From NCBI GenBank assembly GCA_016188575.1, contig JACPHN010000268.1:916-64915 (forward strand): a stretch of 64,000 nucleotides of DNA. The letters run 5' to 3'. This DNA is from Candidatus Schekmanbacteria bacterium. GTDB lineage: Bacteria > CSSED10-310 > JACPHN01. The position numbers were made by a program, and so were the translations under genes. Of the stretch, positions 44,869-55,285 are shown in pieces (within the stretch, counting starts at the first letter, position 1; the number at the start of each line of letters is the position of its first letter). The notes below the pieces were generated by a model. The model did no database searches. It saw only the letters and a program-made list of their open reading frames with translations, and was not told the origin of the DNA.

Positions 44869-47135
44869 CCGCTTCCCCTGACTCCACCGCCACTTCGCCT
44901 GCAAGCTGCGCGGAAAGCGCATCACGAACACCCCCCACCTCTCCTTCCCCCGCCAGCGGCGGGAGGGACGGAGCGGGGCTTTCCACTTCCGATGCCGGCT
45001 TGTACCTGATGCTTCTCAGCATCCACGGACTGATCCGCGGCCATGACCTGGAGCTCGGCCGCGATGCGGACACCGGCGGGCAAACCAAATACGTCGTCGA
45101 GCTGACCCGGGCGCTCGCTGCGCATCCCCGCATCTGGCGCGTAGATCTGCTGACGCGGCTCATTGACGACCCGCGGGTCGACGACGACTATTCGAGCGAG
45201 CAAGAACCCGTAGCGGAAAATGCCTTCATCACACGCATCCCCTGTGGCCCGCGCCGCTATCTCCGCAAGGAAACCCTGTGGACCTATCTTGACGGCTTTG
45301 CCGACAACGCCCTGCTCCACATCCGCCGCGTGGGCAGACTGCCGGATGTGATCCACAGCCACTATGCCGACGCCGGCTACGTCGGAGCTCGGCTCGCAGG
45401 TCTCCTCGGCGTGCCGCTGGTTCACACCGGGCACTCGCTCGGAAGAGAGAAAAAGAGACGCCTGCTCGTGCAGGGTATGGATGCGGAGGAGATCGAAAAG
45501 ACGTACAACATGTCGCAACGTATCGAGGCCGAGGAGCTCGCCATGGACAATGCTGCCATGGTGATCGCCAGCACGACGCAAGAAGTCGAGAAGCAATACA
45601 GCGTATACGACAACTATCAGCCGCAAAGCATGGTGGTGATTCCGCCAGGTGTTGCCTTGGACCGCTTCTATCCCCCGCGCCGTGGCTGGTTCGCCACTCC
45701 GGATCCTCTGGAGCTCGGGCGCTTCTTGCGCGAGCCGCGCAGGCCCATGATCCTGGCGCTCGCTCGGCCCGACGAACGCAAGAACATCGCTACGTTGCTA
45801 CACGCCTACGGCCAGCACCCCCGCCTGCAGCGCGCCGCGAATCTGGTGCTGATCGCCGGCATCCGCGACGACATCAGCGCCATGGAGAGGGGACCGCGCG
45901 CCGTGCTCAACGAGATCCTCTTGTTGATCGACCGCTACGACCTCTATGGCCGCGTGGCATGCCCCAAGCACCATCATGCCGATGATGTGCCGCTCCTGTA
46001 CCGCCTGGCAGCCAAGCGCGGCGGCATCTTCGTCAATCCCGCGCTCACCGAGCCTTTCGGCCTGACCCTGATTGAGGCCGCGGCAAGCGGGCTTCCCATC
46101 GTAGCCACGGAGGACGGGGGCCCGCGCGACATCATCGCGCACTGCCGAAACGGCGTGCTGATCGATCCCCTGGATCACGCGCGCCTGGGCGACGTGCTCT
46201 ATGCGGCCATCAGCAATCGCCGCCAATGGCGCCGCTGGGCCAAGAATGGCGTCGCCGGCGCCCACAGGCGTTTCTCGTGGAGCAGCCACGTCAGCCGATA
46301 CCTGTCCGAGGTGGAAAAGTTGATGAAGAAATGGCGACGCAAGCGCCCGGCGGCGGCGCCCAGGAGCAAGTTGCCAACCCTGACGAGGATCCTGATCACG
46401 GATATCGACAACACGCTGATCGGCGACCGCGCAGCGCTACAGACGCTGCTCGAGAGGATGCGTAGGCACGGCGAAAAACTCGGTTTCGGTGTCGCTACCG
46501 GGCGACGCCTCGAAAGTGTCGCCCGCGTCCTCAAGGAATGGGACGTGCCGACTCCGGACGTGCTGATTACCTCGGTGGGCACCGAGATTCACTACGGCAA
46601 GCGCCTGGAGCCGGATCTGGGCTATCAGGACCACCTGGAATACCGTTGGGCTCCGCAGGCGCTCCCGGAAGTGCTGAATGAGCTCCCGGGCTTGCGCTTG
46701 CAGGCCGCCGTGGAACAGCGACGGTTCAAGGTCAGCTTTCTTCTGGATCCCGGGAAGGCACCCAGCGTGCGGGTGATCAAGAAGCAGTTGCGGCGGCATG
46801 GCATACATGCCACCGTGGTATTGTCTAACGGCATTTATCTTGACGTCATTCCGGTGCGCGCCTCCAAGGGTAAGGCGATACGATATATAGCCAATAAGTG
46901 GGGGATTCCAATAGATAGTATTCTTGTTGCAGGTGATTCCGGAAATGATGAAGAAATGCTGACAGGGAATACCCTCGGCGTCGTCGTTGGCAACCATTGC
47001 GAGGAGCTGAAGGTCCTGCGCGGCCAAGAGCGCGTTTACTTCGCCCGCGGTCAATATGCGCTGGGTATTCTGGAAGGAGTAGAGTTTTATAACTTCTTTG
47101 ATGACATTAACAGTATCCATGAAAGTGTCGGATAG
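44865..47135 (+). CDS. sps: Sucrose-phosphate synthase with fused C-terminal sucrose-phosphatase-like (HAD) domain
   Basis: 756-aa protein. Its GT-B domain (…[29 protein letters not shown]…, …[30 protein letters not shown]…) is followed by …[13 protein letters not shown]… (HAD DxDxT) and …[12 protein letters not shown]…. Confidence 0.85.
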   Translation: MTASPDSTATSPASCAESASRTPPTSPSPASGGRDGAGLSTSDAGLYLMLLSIHGLIRGHDLELGRDADTGGQTKYVVELTRALAAHPRIWRVDLLTRLIDDPRVDDDYSSEQEPVAENAFITRIPCGPRRYLRKETLWTYLDGFADNALLHIRRVGRLPDVIHSHYADAGYVGARLAGLLGVPLVHTGHSLGREKKRRLLVQGMDAEEIEKTYNMSQRIEAEELAMDNAAMVIASTTQEVEKQYSVYDNYQPQSMVVIPPGVALDRFYPPRRGWFATPDPLELGRFLREPRRPMILALARPDERKNIATLLHAYGQHPRLQRAANLVLIAGIRDDISAMERGPRAVLNEILLLIDRYDLYGRVACPKHHHADDVPLLYRLAAKRGGIFVNPALTEPFGLTLIEAAASGLPIVATEDGGPRDIIAHCRNGVLIDPLDHARLGDVLYAAISNRRQWRRWAKNGVAGAHRRFSWSSHVSRYLSEVEKLMKKWRRKRPAAAPRSKLPTLTRILITDIDNTLIGDRAALQTLLERMRRHGEKLGFGVATGRRLESVARVLKEWDVPTPDVLITSVGTEIHYGKRLEPDLGYQDHLEYRWAPQALPEVLNELPGLRLQAAVEQRRFKVSFLLDPGKAPSVRVIKKQLRRHGIHATVVLSNGIYLDVIPVRASKGKAIRYIANKWGIPIDSILVAGDSGNDEEMLTGNTLGVVVGNHCEELKVLRGQERVYFARGQYALGILEGVEFYNFFDDINSIHESVG

Positions 47136-47136
47136 T

Positions 47137-49533
47137 ATGAACGAAGACCTTAGTTTATGTATGGATGAGCACAGAGAGGTTGTTTATCTGCTTTTGCGTC
47201 GCTATTCGTCACTCGGACGACCCTTCCTGTTGCGATCTGAATTGTGGGACCAGTTTTCCGCGTTTTGTCAGGAAAACGATCTGGAGGCCCTGCTCGATTC
47301 CGCCCTTGCCGACACCATACGCAGCGTCCAGGAGGCGGCCGTGGCCGCCCCGTGGGTCTATTTTGCCAGTCGGCGACACGTGGCTCGCTGGCGGTACTTT
47401 CGCATCCATGCGGAATCGCCCCAGTTGGAAGCGATCTCGGCGTCGGAGTATCTGCGCTTCAAGGAGCAGCTCGTCACCGGCGGTGGGCCGGAACCGTGGG
47501 TGCTGGAATTCGACATTGGGCCCTTCAACCGCGAGTTTCCCAAGCTCCAGGAGGCGCGCTCCATCGGCCGCGGTGTCGAGTTCCTCAATCGCCACCTCTC
47601 CAGCCAGCTTTTTCAGGAACTGGGCAAGGGAGATCAGCTCCTGCTCGATTTCTTGCGTCTGCACCAATGCCAGGGCCAGCAACTCATGCTCAGTGGCCGG
47701 ATCAAGGAGCTGGCCGAGCTGCGGCGGTGTTTGCGCGAGGCGGATGACTATCTGGCGCGCAAACCTGGCGAGGCCGGTTGGGACCTCGTGGGGCCGGAGC
47801 TGCAGCGCCTGGGTTTGGAGCCGGGCTGGGGCCGAACCGCCGCGCGCATGCGCGATACCCTCGGCCTGCTGTCCGATATCCTCGAGGCACCCGAGCCGGG
47901 GACCCTGGGGCGCTTCTTGGGTCGGATACCGATGATCTTTAGCGTGGTCATCCTTTCGCCACACGGCTACTTTGGACAGGCCAACGTCCTGGGGCTGCCG
48001 GACACGGGTGGACAGGTCGTCTACATTCTCGATCAGGTGCGCGCTCTGGAGCATGAGATGCGCACGCGGCTCCATGAACAAGGTCTGGGTATCGAACCGC
48101 GGATCCTGGTCGTGACCCGTCTGATCCCGGAGGCACCGCCGGGAAGCACCTGCAATCAACGTGTGGAGAGCATCGCGGGAACGCAGGGCGCGCTGATCTT
48201 GCGGATTCCGTTTCGTGGCCCTGGCGGGGAAGTAATTCCCCACTGGCTTTCGCGCTTCGATTTGTGGCCGTATCTGGAGCGGTACAGCCGCGAAGTCGAA
48301 AGGGAGGTCGTCGCGGAGTTGCGCGGGCGCCCCGATCTCATCGTCGGTAACTATTCCGACGGCAATCTCGTGGCAACCTTGCTCGCACAGCGCCTGCACG
48401 TGACGCAGTGCAATATCGCTCACGCCTTGGAGAAGACCAAATACCTCATGTCGGACCTGTATTGGCGTGACAACGATCCGCAATACCACTTCGGCTGCCA
48501 GTTCACCGCCGACCTCATTGCCATGAACGCCGCCGATTTCATCATTACGAGCACCTATCAAGAAATCGCAGGCCACCGTGACAGCATGGGACAGTATGAG
48601 AGTTACGGTGTTTTCACTCTGCCCGGTCTGTATCGCGTCGTGAATGGCATGGATCCTTTCGAACCGAAGTTCAACATCGTCTCGCCCGGCGCGGACGCAC
48701 AGGTCTATTTCCCATACACGGAGTCGGAGCGACGCCTGAGCAGGCTGCATGACGAAATCAGAGCGATCCTGTATCAGCCCGACCTCCCCGGCGCCCGCGG
48801 CGCCTTGCGAGACCCCGGCAAGCCCCTCCTGTTCACCATGGCTCGTCTCGACCGGATCAAGAACATCACGGGGCTGGTAGAGTGGTATGGCCGGAGCCGG
48901 CAGCTTCGCGACCGCGCCAACCTGTTGGTGGTCGCGGGCCACATCGATCCCGGAAGCTCGACGGATGCCGAAGAGCAACAGCAGATCGCGCGCATGCACG
49001 AGCTTATGGATCAGTATCACCTCGACGCCGAGCTGCGCTGGCTCGGAGCGCGTCTGGAAAGGAATGTCACTGGCGAGCTATATCGATACGTCGCCGATGG
49101 CCGCGGCGCTTTTGTGCAGCCGGCCTTGTTCGAGGCCTTTGGTCTGACCGTGGTCGAAGCGATGACCTCGGGGCTGCCGACGTTCGCAACGGTATACGGC
49201 GGCCCACTCGAGATCATCGAAGATGGGGTGTCGGGGTTTCATATCGATCCCAACCACGGCGATCGTGCGGCCCAGCGCATGGCGGAATTTCTTGATCGCT
49301 GCACCGTGGAACCCGATTATTGGGAGAGGATCTCGACGGGTGCGATGGAGCGGGTGGCGGCGCGTTACACCTGGAAGCTCTACGCGGAACGTATCATGAC
49401 CTTGTCGCGCATCTACGGGTACTGGAAGTACGTGACTGATTTGGAGCGGGACGAGACGCGGCGTTACCTGGAGATGTTCTACGGCTTGCAGTTCCGGCCC
49501 CTGGCCGAAAAGATCAGGGAGGAGGCGCGATAA
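47137..49533 (+). CDS. sus: Sucrose synthase (NDP-glucose:fructose glucosyltransferase)
   Basis: ~800-aa protein with the SuS N-terminal regulatory/CTD region (…VVYLLLRRY…) and a GT-B core (…[35 protein letters not shown]…, …[33 protein letters not shown]…). ATG 47137 lies 2 nt after the sps stop; ATG 47119 is an alternative. Confidence 0.85.
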   Translation: MNEDLSLCMDEHREVVYLLLRRYSSLGRPFLLRSELWDQFSAFCQENDLEALLDSALADTIRSVQEAAVAAPWVYFASRRHVARWRYFRIHAESPQLEAISASEYLRFKEQLVTGGGPEPWVLEFDIGPFNREFPKLQEARSIGRGVEFLNRHLSSQLFQELGKGDQLLLDFLRLHQCQGQQLMLSGRIKELAELRRCLREADDYLARKPGEAGWDLVGPELQRLGLEPGWGRTAARMRDTLGLLSDILEAPEPGTLGRFLGRIPMIFSVVILSPHGYFGQANVLGLPDTGGQVVYILDQVRALEHEMRTRLHEQGLGIEPRILVVTRLIPEAPPGSTCNQRVESIAGTQGALILRIPFRGPGGEVIPHWLSRFDLWPYLERYSREVEREVVAELRGRPDLIVGNYSDGNLVATLLAQRLHVTQCNIAHALEKTKYLMSDLYWRDNDPQYHFGCQFTADLIAMNAADFIITSTYQEIAGHRDSMGQYESYGVFTLPGLYRVVNGMDPFEPKFNIVSPGADAQVYFPYTESERRLSRLHDEIRAILYQPDLPGARGALRDPGKPLLFTMARLDRIKNITGLVEWYGRSRQLRDRANLLVVAGHIDPGSSTDAEEQQQIARMHELMDQYHLDAELRWLGARLERNVTGELYRYVADGRGAFVQPALFEAFGLTVVEAMTSGLPTFATVYGGPLEIIEDGVSGFHIDPNHGDRAAQRMAEFLDRCTVEPDYWERISTGAMERVAARYTWKLYAERIMTLSRIYGYWKYVTDLERDETRRYLEMFYGLQFRPLAEKIREEAR

Positions 49534-49657
49534 AGCGGCTGTGGGCTGAGCACCCGACTCCCGTGAGCACGCGGCGCGGGTTTCGAATCCGCCGCCAATG
49601 CGCTAAACTGCGGCATCTTGTCGGTGCGCGCGGAAAACCTCGAGGGGAGACGATAAC

Positions 49658-50455
49658 GTGTCGTATGCAACCGCTTTTGCTAACAAGGTCGCGCTCGTAA
49701 CGGGCGCTTCCTCGGGAATCGGTCGCGAGCTGTCGCTGCGGTTGGGCCGGGCGGGCGCCCGCATCGGGCTCCTGGCGCGCAGCGCGGACAAGCTCGCGGC
49801 AGCTCGCGATGCCATCGACGGCGGCGAGAACGTGCTGCTCTTGCCCGCCGACGTCGCCGACGAGGCGGCCTGCCGGGACGCCGTGGACAGGCTTGCCGCG
49901 ACCTTCGGCGGCATCGATCTGGTCATCAATAACGCCGGGCTCTCCATGTACGCACCGTTCGCGGAGACGGAGACCGCGGTCTTTCATCGGCTCATGGACG
50001 TGAACTATTTCGGCTCGCTCTACATCGCGAAGCGCGCCTATCCCCATTTGTTGCGCAGCAAGGGCAGCATGGTGTTCGTGTCGAGTGTTGTCGGCAAGCG
50101 CGGTTTCCCGACGCGGAGCGGCTACTCTGCGGCGAAGTTCGCGGTCCACGGTCTGTTCGAATGCTTGCGAACGGAATGGGCGGCCACCGGGATCCATGTG
50201 GGCATCGTCGCTCCCGGTTTCACCGACACCGGGATTCGCGCCGCGGCCCTATCCGCCGATGGCACCATCCGGGGTGAGGACAGCAAGATCCGGGGATCGG
50301 CCATGTCCGCCGCAGACGCCGCGGAGGCCATTCTCGAGGCCGCTGCCCGGCGCCGGCGGGAGGTAGTCTTGACGCCTGCCGGAACTTTCATGGTGTGGCT
50401 GAACAAGCTGCTGCCGGGGCTGGCAGATCGGCTCGCCGCGCGCGCCATCGGCTGA
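49658..50455 (+). CDS. Short-chain dehydrogenase/reductase (SDR)
   Basis: GTG start with GGGGAG 8 nt upstream. …VALVTGASSGIGREL…, …NNAG…, …YSAAKFAVHGLFECL… (YxxxK). Confidence 0.75.
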   Translation: MSYATAFANKVALVTGASSGIGRELSLRLGRAGARIGLLARSADKLAAARDAIDGGENVLLLPADVADEAACRDAVDRLAATFGGIDLVINNAGLSMYAPFAETETAVFHRLMDVNYFGSLYIAKRAYPHLLRSKGSMVFVSSVVGKRGFPTRSGYSAAKFAVHGLFECLRTEWAATGIHVGIVAPGFTDTGIRAAALSADGTIRGEDSKIRGSAMSAADAAEAILEAAARRRREVVLTPAGTFMVWLNKLLPGLADRLAARAIG

Positions 50456-50515
50456 CCGCCTGCCCAAGCAGCGCGGCTGCCTTGGGAACGTGGACGTAAC
50501 CTGTTGGAGGGAACA

Positions 50516-51523
50516 ATGCGCGTTTTCATGACGGGTGGCACCGGGTTTCTCGGAAAAGCCGTGACGACTCGCCTCATCGCGGCCGGGCACGAGGTCACGC
50601 TGCTGTGCCTTCCCCGGGAATCGGTCGCCGCGCGCGCCGGGCTGCACCTCGTCACCGGAGACATCACGCGCCCGGACACGCTCGTGGGCCTGTTCGCCGA
50701 CCACGACGCCGTGGTGCACCTCGCGGGGGCGGTTGGGTATGGGCAGAAAATGAGCGTCTGTCTGGCGGTGAATCGCGACGGCACCCGCAACGTCGCCGCC
50801 GCCGCCGTGGCCGCGGGGACCCGGCGCTTCATTCACCTGAGCTCGGTGTCAGTCTACGGCCGTGTGGCCGGCGTCCCGATTACGGAGAACGCGCCGCGCC
50901 TGCGCACGGGGGAACCCTACGGCGATACCAAGATCGACGCCGAGGAGGTGCTCGAGGACTTTGTCGCGCGGGGCGAGCTCGCGGTAACCATGCTGCGCCC
51001 GACGGTGATCTATGGGCCGGGCGACGAGAAGTTTCTCCCGAAGCTCGCGCAAAACCTGCTTTCGGGCAAGGCGCGGATCATCGGGGACGGCGACAACTCG
51101 GTGGACCTCATTCACGTCGACGACGTGGCGCTCATCGTCGAGCAGCTCCTGAGGCGCGAGGATACGATTGGCGCCGTATTCAATGTCACCAATCCGGACA
51201 ACTGCACCTGGCGCGAGCTGCTGGCCGCGGTGGCGGACGAGCTCGGCGTGTCGCCGCCGCGTACCCGGCTTCCGTACGGCGCGGCGTTGATCGTCGCCGG
51301 CGCCCTGGAATGGATCGCCGCGATCCGCGGTAAGGAGCCGGCGCTCACGCGCTATGCCGTGCGCGTCATCGGGCGGCAGTACTATTATGTGGTCGATCGC
51401 CTGCAGCGCGATCTCGGGTTCGTCCCTTGTGTCGAGGTGCGCGACGGCGTTCGGGAGTGCGTGCGCGAGCTTGCGGCGGCCGGCCGGTTGCAGCCCGGAA
51501 CGCGAGCGCGCCGGGCTCGGTGA
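50516..51523 (+). CDS. NAD-dependent epimerase/dehydratase (extended SDR, 3-beta-HSD-like)
   Basis: MRVFMTGGTGFLGKAV… (GxxGxxG), …YGDTKIDAE… (YxxxK). ATG 50516 with GGAGGG 5 nt upstream. Confidence 0.75.
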   Translation: MRVFMTGGTGFLGKAVTTRLIAAGHEVTLLCLPRESVAARAGLHLVTGDITRPDTLVGLFADHDAVVHLAGAVGYGQKMSVCLAVNRDGTRNVAAAAVAAGTRRFIHLSSVSVYGRVAGVPITENAPRLRTGEPYGDTKIDAEEVLEDFVARGELAVTMLRPTVIYGPGDEKFLPKLAQNLLSGKARIIGDGDNSVDLIHVDDVALIVEQLLRREDTIGAVFNVTNPDNCTWRELLAAVADELGVSPPRTRLPYGAALIVAGALEWIAAIRGKEPALTRYAVRVIGRQYYYVVDRLQRDLGFVPCVEVRDGVRECVRELAAAGRLQPGTRARRAR

Positions 51524-51560
51524 GCACGCTCCAGCAGGAAAGCGAGCTACACAGAAAACC

Positions 51561-52427
51561 ATGAGACCACAAAAGAATACCGTGACCAGGCAGTTCATGA
51601 CCTGGTTTTTCAAGTACCCTCACAATCCCTATGTGTCGTGCTCGGTGTCGCTTGATTTCGGTTCGGCGCAGGCCTACTTGCGGTCGCTGAACGACGACGA
51701 TGCTCGCCCTCGGGTCTCCATCCAGCACTTGCTGACCGCTGCAGTCGCGCGCGTGTACCGCGAGTTTCCCGCGGCCAACGCGACGATCATCGGCTCGCGA
51801 ATCTACCGGCACGAGCACGTGGGCGTGGCGATGCCGGTTAACATGCTCGAGACAGGCGGCTCCTTGGGCCTGGAGACGAGCCTGATCTTCGTCGAACGGG
51901 TGGACTGTCTCAGCCTGCGGGGGCTGGCGCTGGCGACGCAGGAACGCGTGGCGTCGCTGCGCGATGGCGAGGGGAAAAGCAACGTGTGGCGCAACCTCGC
52001 ACCCCTGGTGGGAAAGCTCCCCGACGCCGTGATCCACGCGACTCTGGATGCTTTTGAGGCGATCTGCACCATCCCGTTCGTCGGCGAAGCGGTGCACCGT
52101 TCACTGCCCATCACCGTGGCCGTGTCCAACCCGGGCGCGGCGTTTTCGATGCCGGCGGGTGGCGCCTTTCGAGCCGCCTCGTTTGCACCCCCCAATCGAC
52201 TGTTCGCGGTCGGCTCGGTGCTCGGCGTGTCCGCGCTGCAGGATGAAGTGGTTCCGATCGCTGGCCGTCCCGAGGTGCGAACCATGTTGCCGCTCATCTA
52301 TGTTTTCGACCACCGGCTGTTCGACGGGGTGATGTGTGCCCGCATCCTCAATCGCCTGGGCACGGTGTTGCTCTCGCCGGAGGACTGCTTCGGCCCCGCT
52401 GGTGACGATGGCGGAGCGGCGGCATGA
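51561..52427 (+). CDS. Stand-alone 2-oxoacid-dehydrogenase-E2-type acyltransferase catalytic domain (CAT-like fold), no lipoyl or E1/E3-binding domains
   Basis: 288-aa protein ending …LIYVFDHRLFDGVMCARILNRL…. DHRxxDG is the catalytic His-Asp motif of E2 / chloramphenicol-acetyltransferase-like enzymes. Confidence 0.5.
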   Translation: MRPQKNTVTRQFMTWFFKYPHNPYVSCSVSLDFGSAQAYLRSLNDDDARPRVSIQHLLTAAVARVYREFPAANATIIGSRIYRHEHVGVAMPVNMLETGGSLGLETSLIFVERVDCLSLRGLALATQERVASLRDGEGKSNVWRNLAPLVGKLPDAVIHATLDAFEAICTIPFVGEAVHRSLPITVAVSNPGAAFSMPAGGAFRAASFAPPNRLFAVGSVLGVSALQDEVVPIAGRPEVRTMLPLIYVFDHRLFDGVMCARILNRLGTVLLSPEDCFGPAGDDGGAAA

Positions 52428-52717
52428 GTGACGAAGAGGAGCGGCGCACGCGACGCCAGGAGCTTACGGACTACCTCCGCCACGGCCCGACGCCGCTGCG
52501 CGAGCTGGCGGCGGCCATCAAGGCCGGACTGCGGGAAACCGTCGAGGAGTTGGAGCACGTCGCTCGTAGCCTCCGCCCGGAACGGATCAACATCCAGGCG
52601 GCAAGCTGCCAGACCTGCGACTTTGTGTTTCGCGAACGGCGCCGCTTCACTACCCCGAGCCGGTGTCCGCTCTGCAAATCCCAGCGCATCAACGAACCAC
52701 TATTCTGGCTGGAGTAG
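52424..52717 (+). CDS. Small protein (97 aa) with a C-terminal C-x2-C…C-x2-C zinc ribbon
   Basis: ATGA overlap with the preceding gene. …ASCQTCDFVF…(12 aa)…RCPLCKSQRI…. Confidence 0.45.
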   Translation: MSDEEERRTRRQELTDYLRHGPTPLRELAAAIKAGLRETVEELEHVARSLRPERINIQAASCQTCDFVFRERRRFTTPSRCPLCKSQRINEPLFWLE

Positions 52718-52767
52718 ACCCGCAGGTACTCGCGTGCCGGCCCCCGTGCACCGCGGGTATCTTCTCC

Positions 52768-54414
52768 TCACAGCACGCGCCCGATCTCGGCCAGCGACGT
52801 CGTGCCGCTGGCAATCTTCGCCAGGCCGTCCTCGAGCAGCGTCAGCATCCCCTGTGCCCGTGCAGTTTCGTGAAGCTGCGAGGTTGTCACCTTGGAGATG
52901 ATCTGATCGCGAAACGAATCGTCCACGGTGAGCACCTCGAAAAGCGCCGTCCTGCCGCGATAGCCGATGCCGCCGCACTGGTGGCAACCCACCGGGCCGA
53001 GAAATCGCATGGGGCTGTCGGCGGGAATCCCCAACTGGCGCAACAGAGAGAGCGGCGGAATCTCCTCCGCCTTGCAAGCGCTGCACAGGACGCGCACGAG
53101 CCGCTGGGAGACAATTGCCAGCACCGACGAGGCGAGCAGGAAAGGCTCGATCCCCATCTGCAGCAGGCGGGTGATGACTCCCGCGGCACTGTCGGCGTGA
53201 ATGCTCGTGTAGAGCAAGTGTCCGGTCAGACCGGCCTGGGTGGCGATTTGCGCCGTCTCCAGGTCGCGAATCTCGCCAACCATGATGACATCGGGATCCT
53301 GGCGCAGGATCGTGCGCAGCCCGCGAGCAAACGTCAGCCCTTTTGCGACGTTTACTTGCGTCTGGTTGAAGATGCCGAGATCCATCTCGATTGGATCCTC
53401 GATGGTCACGATGTTGACCGTCTTGTTGCGGACCTCCCAGGTCCGGCGCATGGCGGCGTAGATTGTGGTCGTCTTGCCGCTGCCGGTAGGACCCGTGAGG
53501 ATAATCATGCCTTGGGGCCGGCGCACCAGTTGCTCGGCCGCGGCCAACGCCGGACCGTTCATGCCGAGCTCGGGCAGGGCGAGAACCCGGTCGGCAGTGG
53601 CCTCGAACAGTCTGAGCACACCTTTTTCGCCGTGCAGCGTGGGCAGCAAGGAGACGCGGACGTCGTATTCCTTGGCGCCGACCGCAGCGGACATACGCCC
53701 GTCTTGCGGGACGTCGCGCTGGTAGACGGTGAGGTGGGAAAGCACCTTGATGCGGCTGATGAGCCTGCCATAGAGCTCGTCGGGGATCCGGCAAACGTCG
53801 TGTAGCAGGCCATCGACGCGGAACTTCAGAGTGTGGGCGTTTTCACCGGGCTCGAAGTGGATGTCGCGGGCGGCCGCCTTGTCCCCTGACGCAAAGACCC
53901 GGTCGAGGATGGGCGAGACCTCGACCTCGGCGTCCTTGGCCTCGGCCGCGGCCCGGCGCAGCAGTGGCCTGAGGTTGGTCGCCGCTTCCTGTGGAGACAT
54001 GCGGAGAACGGCGCCCGGCAGGTCGCGCGCGGCAGCGGGTGCGGTCCCTCGCGAAGGGCGGCTCGAGGCAACCGTCTGGTCGGCGGCCAGCGCCGTGGGA
54101 TCGTTTTCCATGCCGTGCTCGGCAGCGGCAAGCGCCGCGGCTCTCTTCTGCCGCAACTGGCGTTGCTCCTCCGAAACCGTCCGGCGCGCGCGAAAATCGC
54201 TCGCATAGGCCGTTCCGACCTTCGCTCCGATGACGAGGAGCAGGAGAAGCGACAGCACGGCGATCACGACCGGGCGGCGCAGCAGGCTCCAGACGACGTC
54301 GAGTGCCTCGGGCAGCAGATCCGGCGCGACGGCGGCCAGGAATGAGAGTGTAAACGATCCGACGATCGCGACGAGAACAGCGGTATTGATCGACGTGGCG
54401 GTATCTCTGCCCAT
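52768..54414 (-). CDS. GspE/PilB-family secretion-type ATPase with two N-terminal transmembrane helices (orphan)
   Basis: ATPase core …GMIILTGPTGSGKTTTIYA… (Walker A), …DPDVIMVGEIRDLETAQIA… (Walker B / Asp box), …GHLLYTSIHA… (His box) and a C-terminal tetra-Cys motif (CSAC…CHQC). The N-terminus (MGRDTATSINTAVLVAIVGSFTLSFLAAV…VVIAVLSLLLLLVIGA) predicts 2 TM helices. Start at ATG 54414; upstream ORF codons rejected. Confidence 0.8.
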   Translation of the reverse strand: MGRDTATSINTAVLVAIVGSFTLSFLAAVAPDLLPEALDVVWSLLRRPVVIAVLSLLLLLVIGAKVGTAYASDFRARRTVSEEQRQLRQKRAAALAAAEHGMENDPTALAADQTVASSRPSRGTAPAAARDLPGAVLRMSPQEAATNLRPLLRRAAAEAKDAEVEVSPILDRVFASGDKAAARDIHFEPGENAHTLKFRVDGLLHDVCRIPDELYGRLISRIKVLSHLTVYQRDVPQDGRMSAAVGAKEYDVRVSLLPTLHGEKGVLRLFEATADRVLALPELGMNGPALAAAEQLVRRPQGMIILTGPTGSGKTTTIYAAMRRTWEVRNKTVNIVTIEDPIEMDLGIFNQTQVNVAKGLTFARGLRTILRQDPDVIMVGEIRDLETAQIATQAGLTGHLLYTSIHADSAAGVITRLLQMGIEPFLLASSVLAIVSQRLVRVLCSACKAEEIPPLSLLRQLGIPADSPMRFLGPVGCHQCGGIGYRGRTALFEVLTVDDSFRDQIISKVTTSQLHETARAQGMLTLLEDGLAKIASGTTSLAEIGRVL

Positions 54415-54569
54415 GCTCTTTGCGAAACCCGTGGGCTCCTCTCTATGCTTGCGTGTACCTGGTGGTCCGCTTCTGGCTCGGCACCGGGAAGGATCGCCGG
54501 CAAGGAGTCGCCAGCGATCATACCAATCGTGCGCACGCAGGGTCAAGATCAACCTCGGACTCGGAACGA

Positions 54570-55285
54570 CACCAAAGTCGCGCCGCGGTTGCCCCGGGCT
54601 TTGGCCCTGGGGCGGACGCGGCTCTTCTCTTGCACTGGATGACCGCGCACGGTATAGTTGGGCCGATGCGCTTCGATCTCGAGTACAAGTCCAACCTGAA
54701 TGTCGTTTTCTCCTGCAAGTACCATGTCGTGTGGTGCCCGAAGTACCGTCGCAGTGTCCTCGTAGGCGGAGTTGATAGCAGGCTGAAGGAAATTATCTCC
54801 GAGGTTATCCAGGAGTGCCGCGCCGAGCTTTTCGAGCTCGAGGTCATGGCCGATCACGTCCAACTTCTTGTCGAGGTCGATCCTCAGTTCGGCATCCATA
54901 CCCTCGTCAAGCGCATCAAAGGGAGATCCTCGCGGTTGCTTCGTCAAGAATTCCCATGGTTGCGCAGCCGCCTGCCCAGCCTCTGGACCCATAGCTATTT
55001 CGTCTCGACCGTCGGCGGCGCTCCGCTCGCCGTGATCAAGCAGTACGTCGAGAACCAGAAAAACGTCTGATTCATGGCAAACAGCCGCGGCCCCAGCTTT
55101 ATCCTCCAGCTCGACCTCGCGACCACCGCAAGAGCCGGAGAAGAGCTGTACAAGCGCGTCGAGCAAGCTGCACGCAACCCTGCAACGCCTGTCTCGGCGA
55201 AGCCTTGCGCCGTCTTGGGTTGCGCGATCAGTCGCGCGACTTTCCGTTTAGAACCCCCCGGCTTTGACCGCGGGGAGGCTCAGCG
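54570..55285 (+). mobile_element. IS200-like insertion sequence (IS200/IS605 family, tnpA only), ~0.7 kb, with similar subterminal hairpins at both ends
   Basis: Left-end hairpin gccccgggctttggccctggggc (54591-54613) and right-end hairpin ccccccggctttgaccgcgggg (55255-55276) share a GGCTTTG loop region. The Y1 transposase lies between. Size matches IS200 (~707 bp). Boundaries are approximate. Confidence 0.6.
54666..55070 (+). CDS. tnpA: IS200/IS605-family Y1 (HUH) transposase TnpA
   Basis: 134-aa protein with …DHVQLLVEV… (HuH motif) and …SLWTHSYFVSTVGGAP… (catalytic Tyr region). Typical Y1_Tnp length. Confidence 0.85.
   Translation: MRFDLEYKSNLNVVFSCKYHVVWCPKYRRSVLVGGVDSRLKEIISEVIQECRAELFELEVMADHVQLLVEVDPQFGIHTLVKRIKGRSSRLLRQEFPWLRSRLPSLWTHSYFVSTVGGAPLAVIKQYVENQKNV

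Noticed and set aside
49577-49596. tRNA T-loop-like motif gcgggTTTCGAATccgcc just downstream of sus
   Set aside because: The loop is 8 nt (extra T). No complementary acceptor stem, D-arm or anticodon arm can be built from the upstream sequence. There is no CCA or discriminator. Probably chance, or at most a tRNA 3'-fragment. It was not called as an RNA gene.
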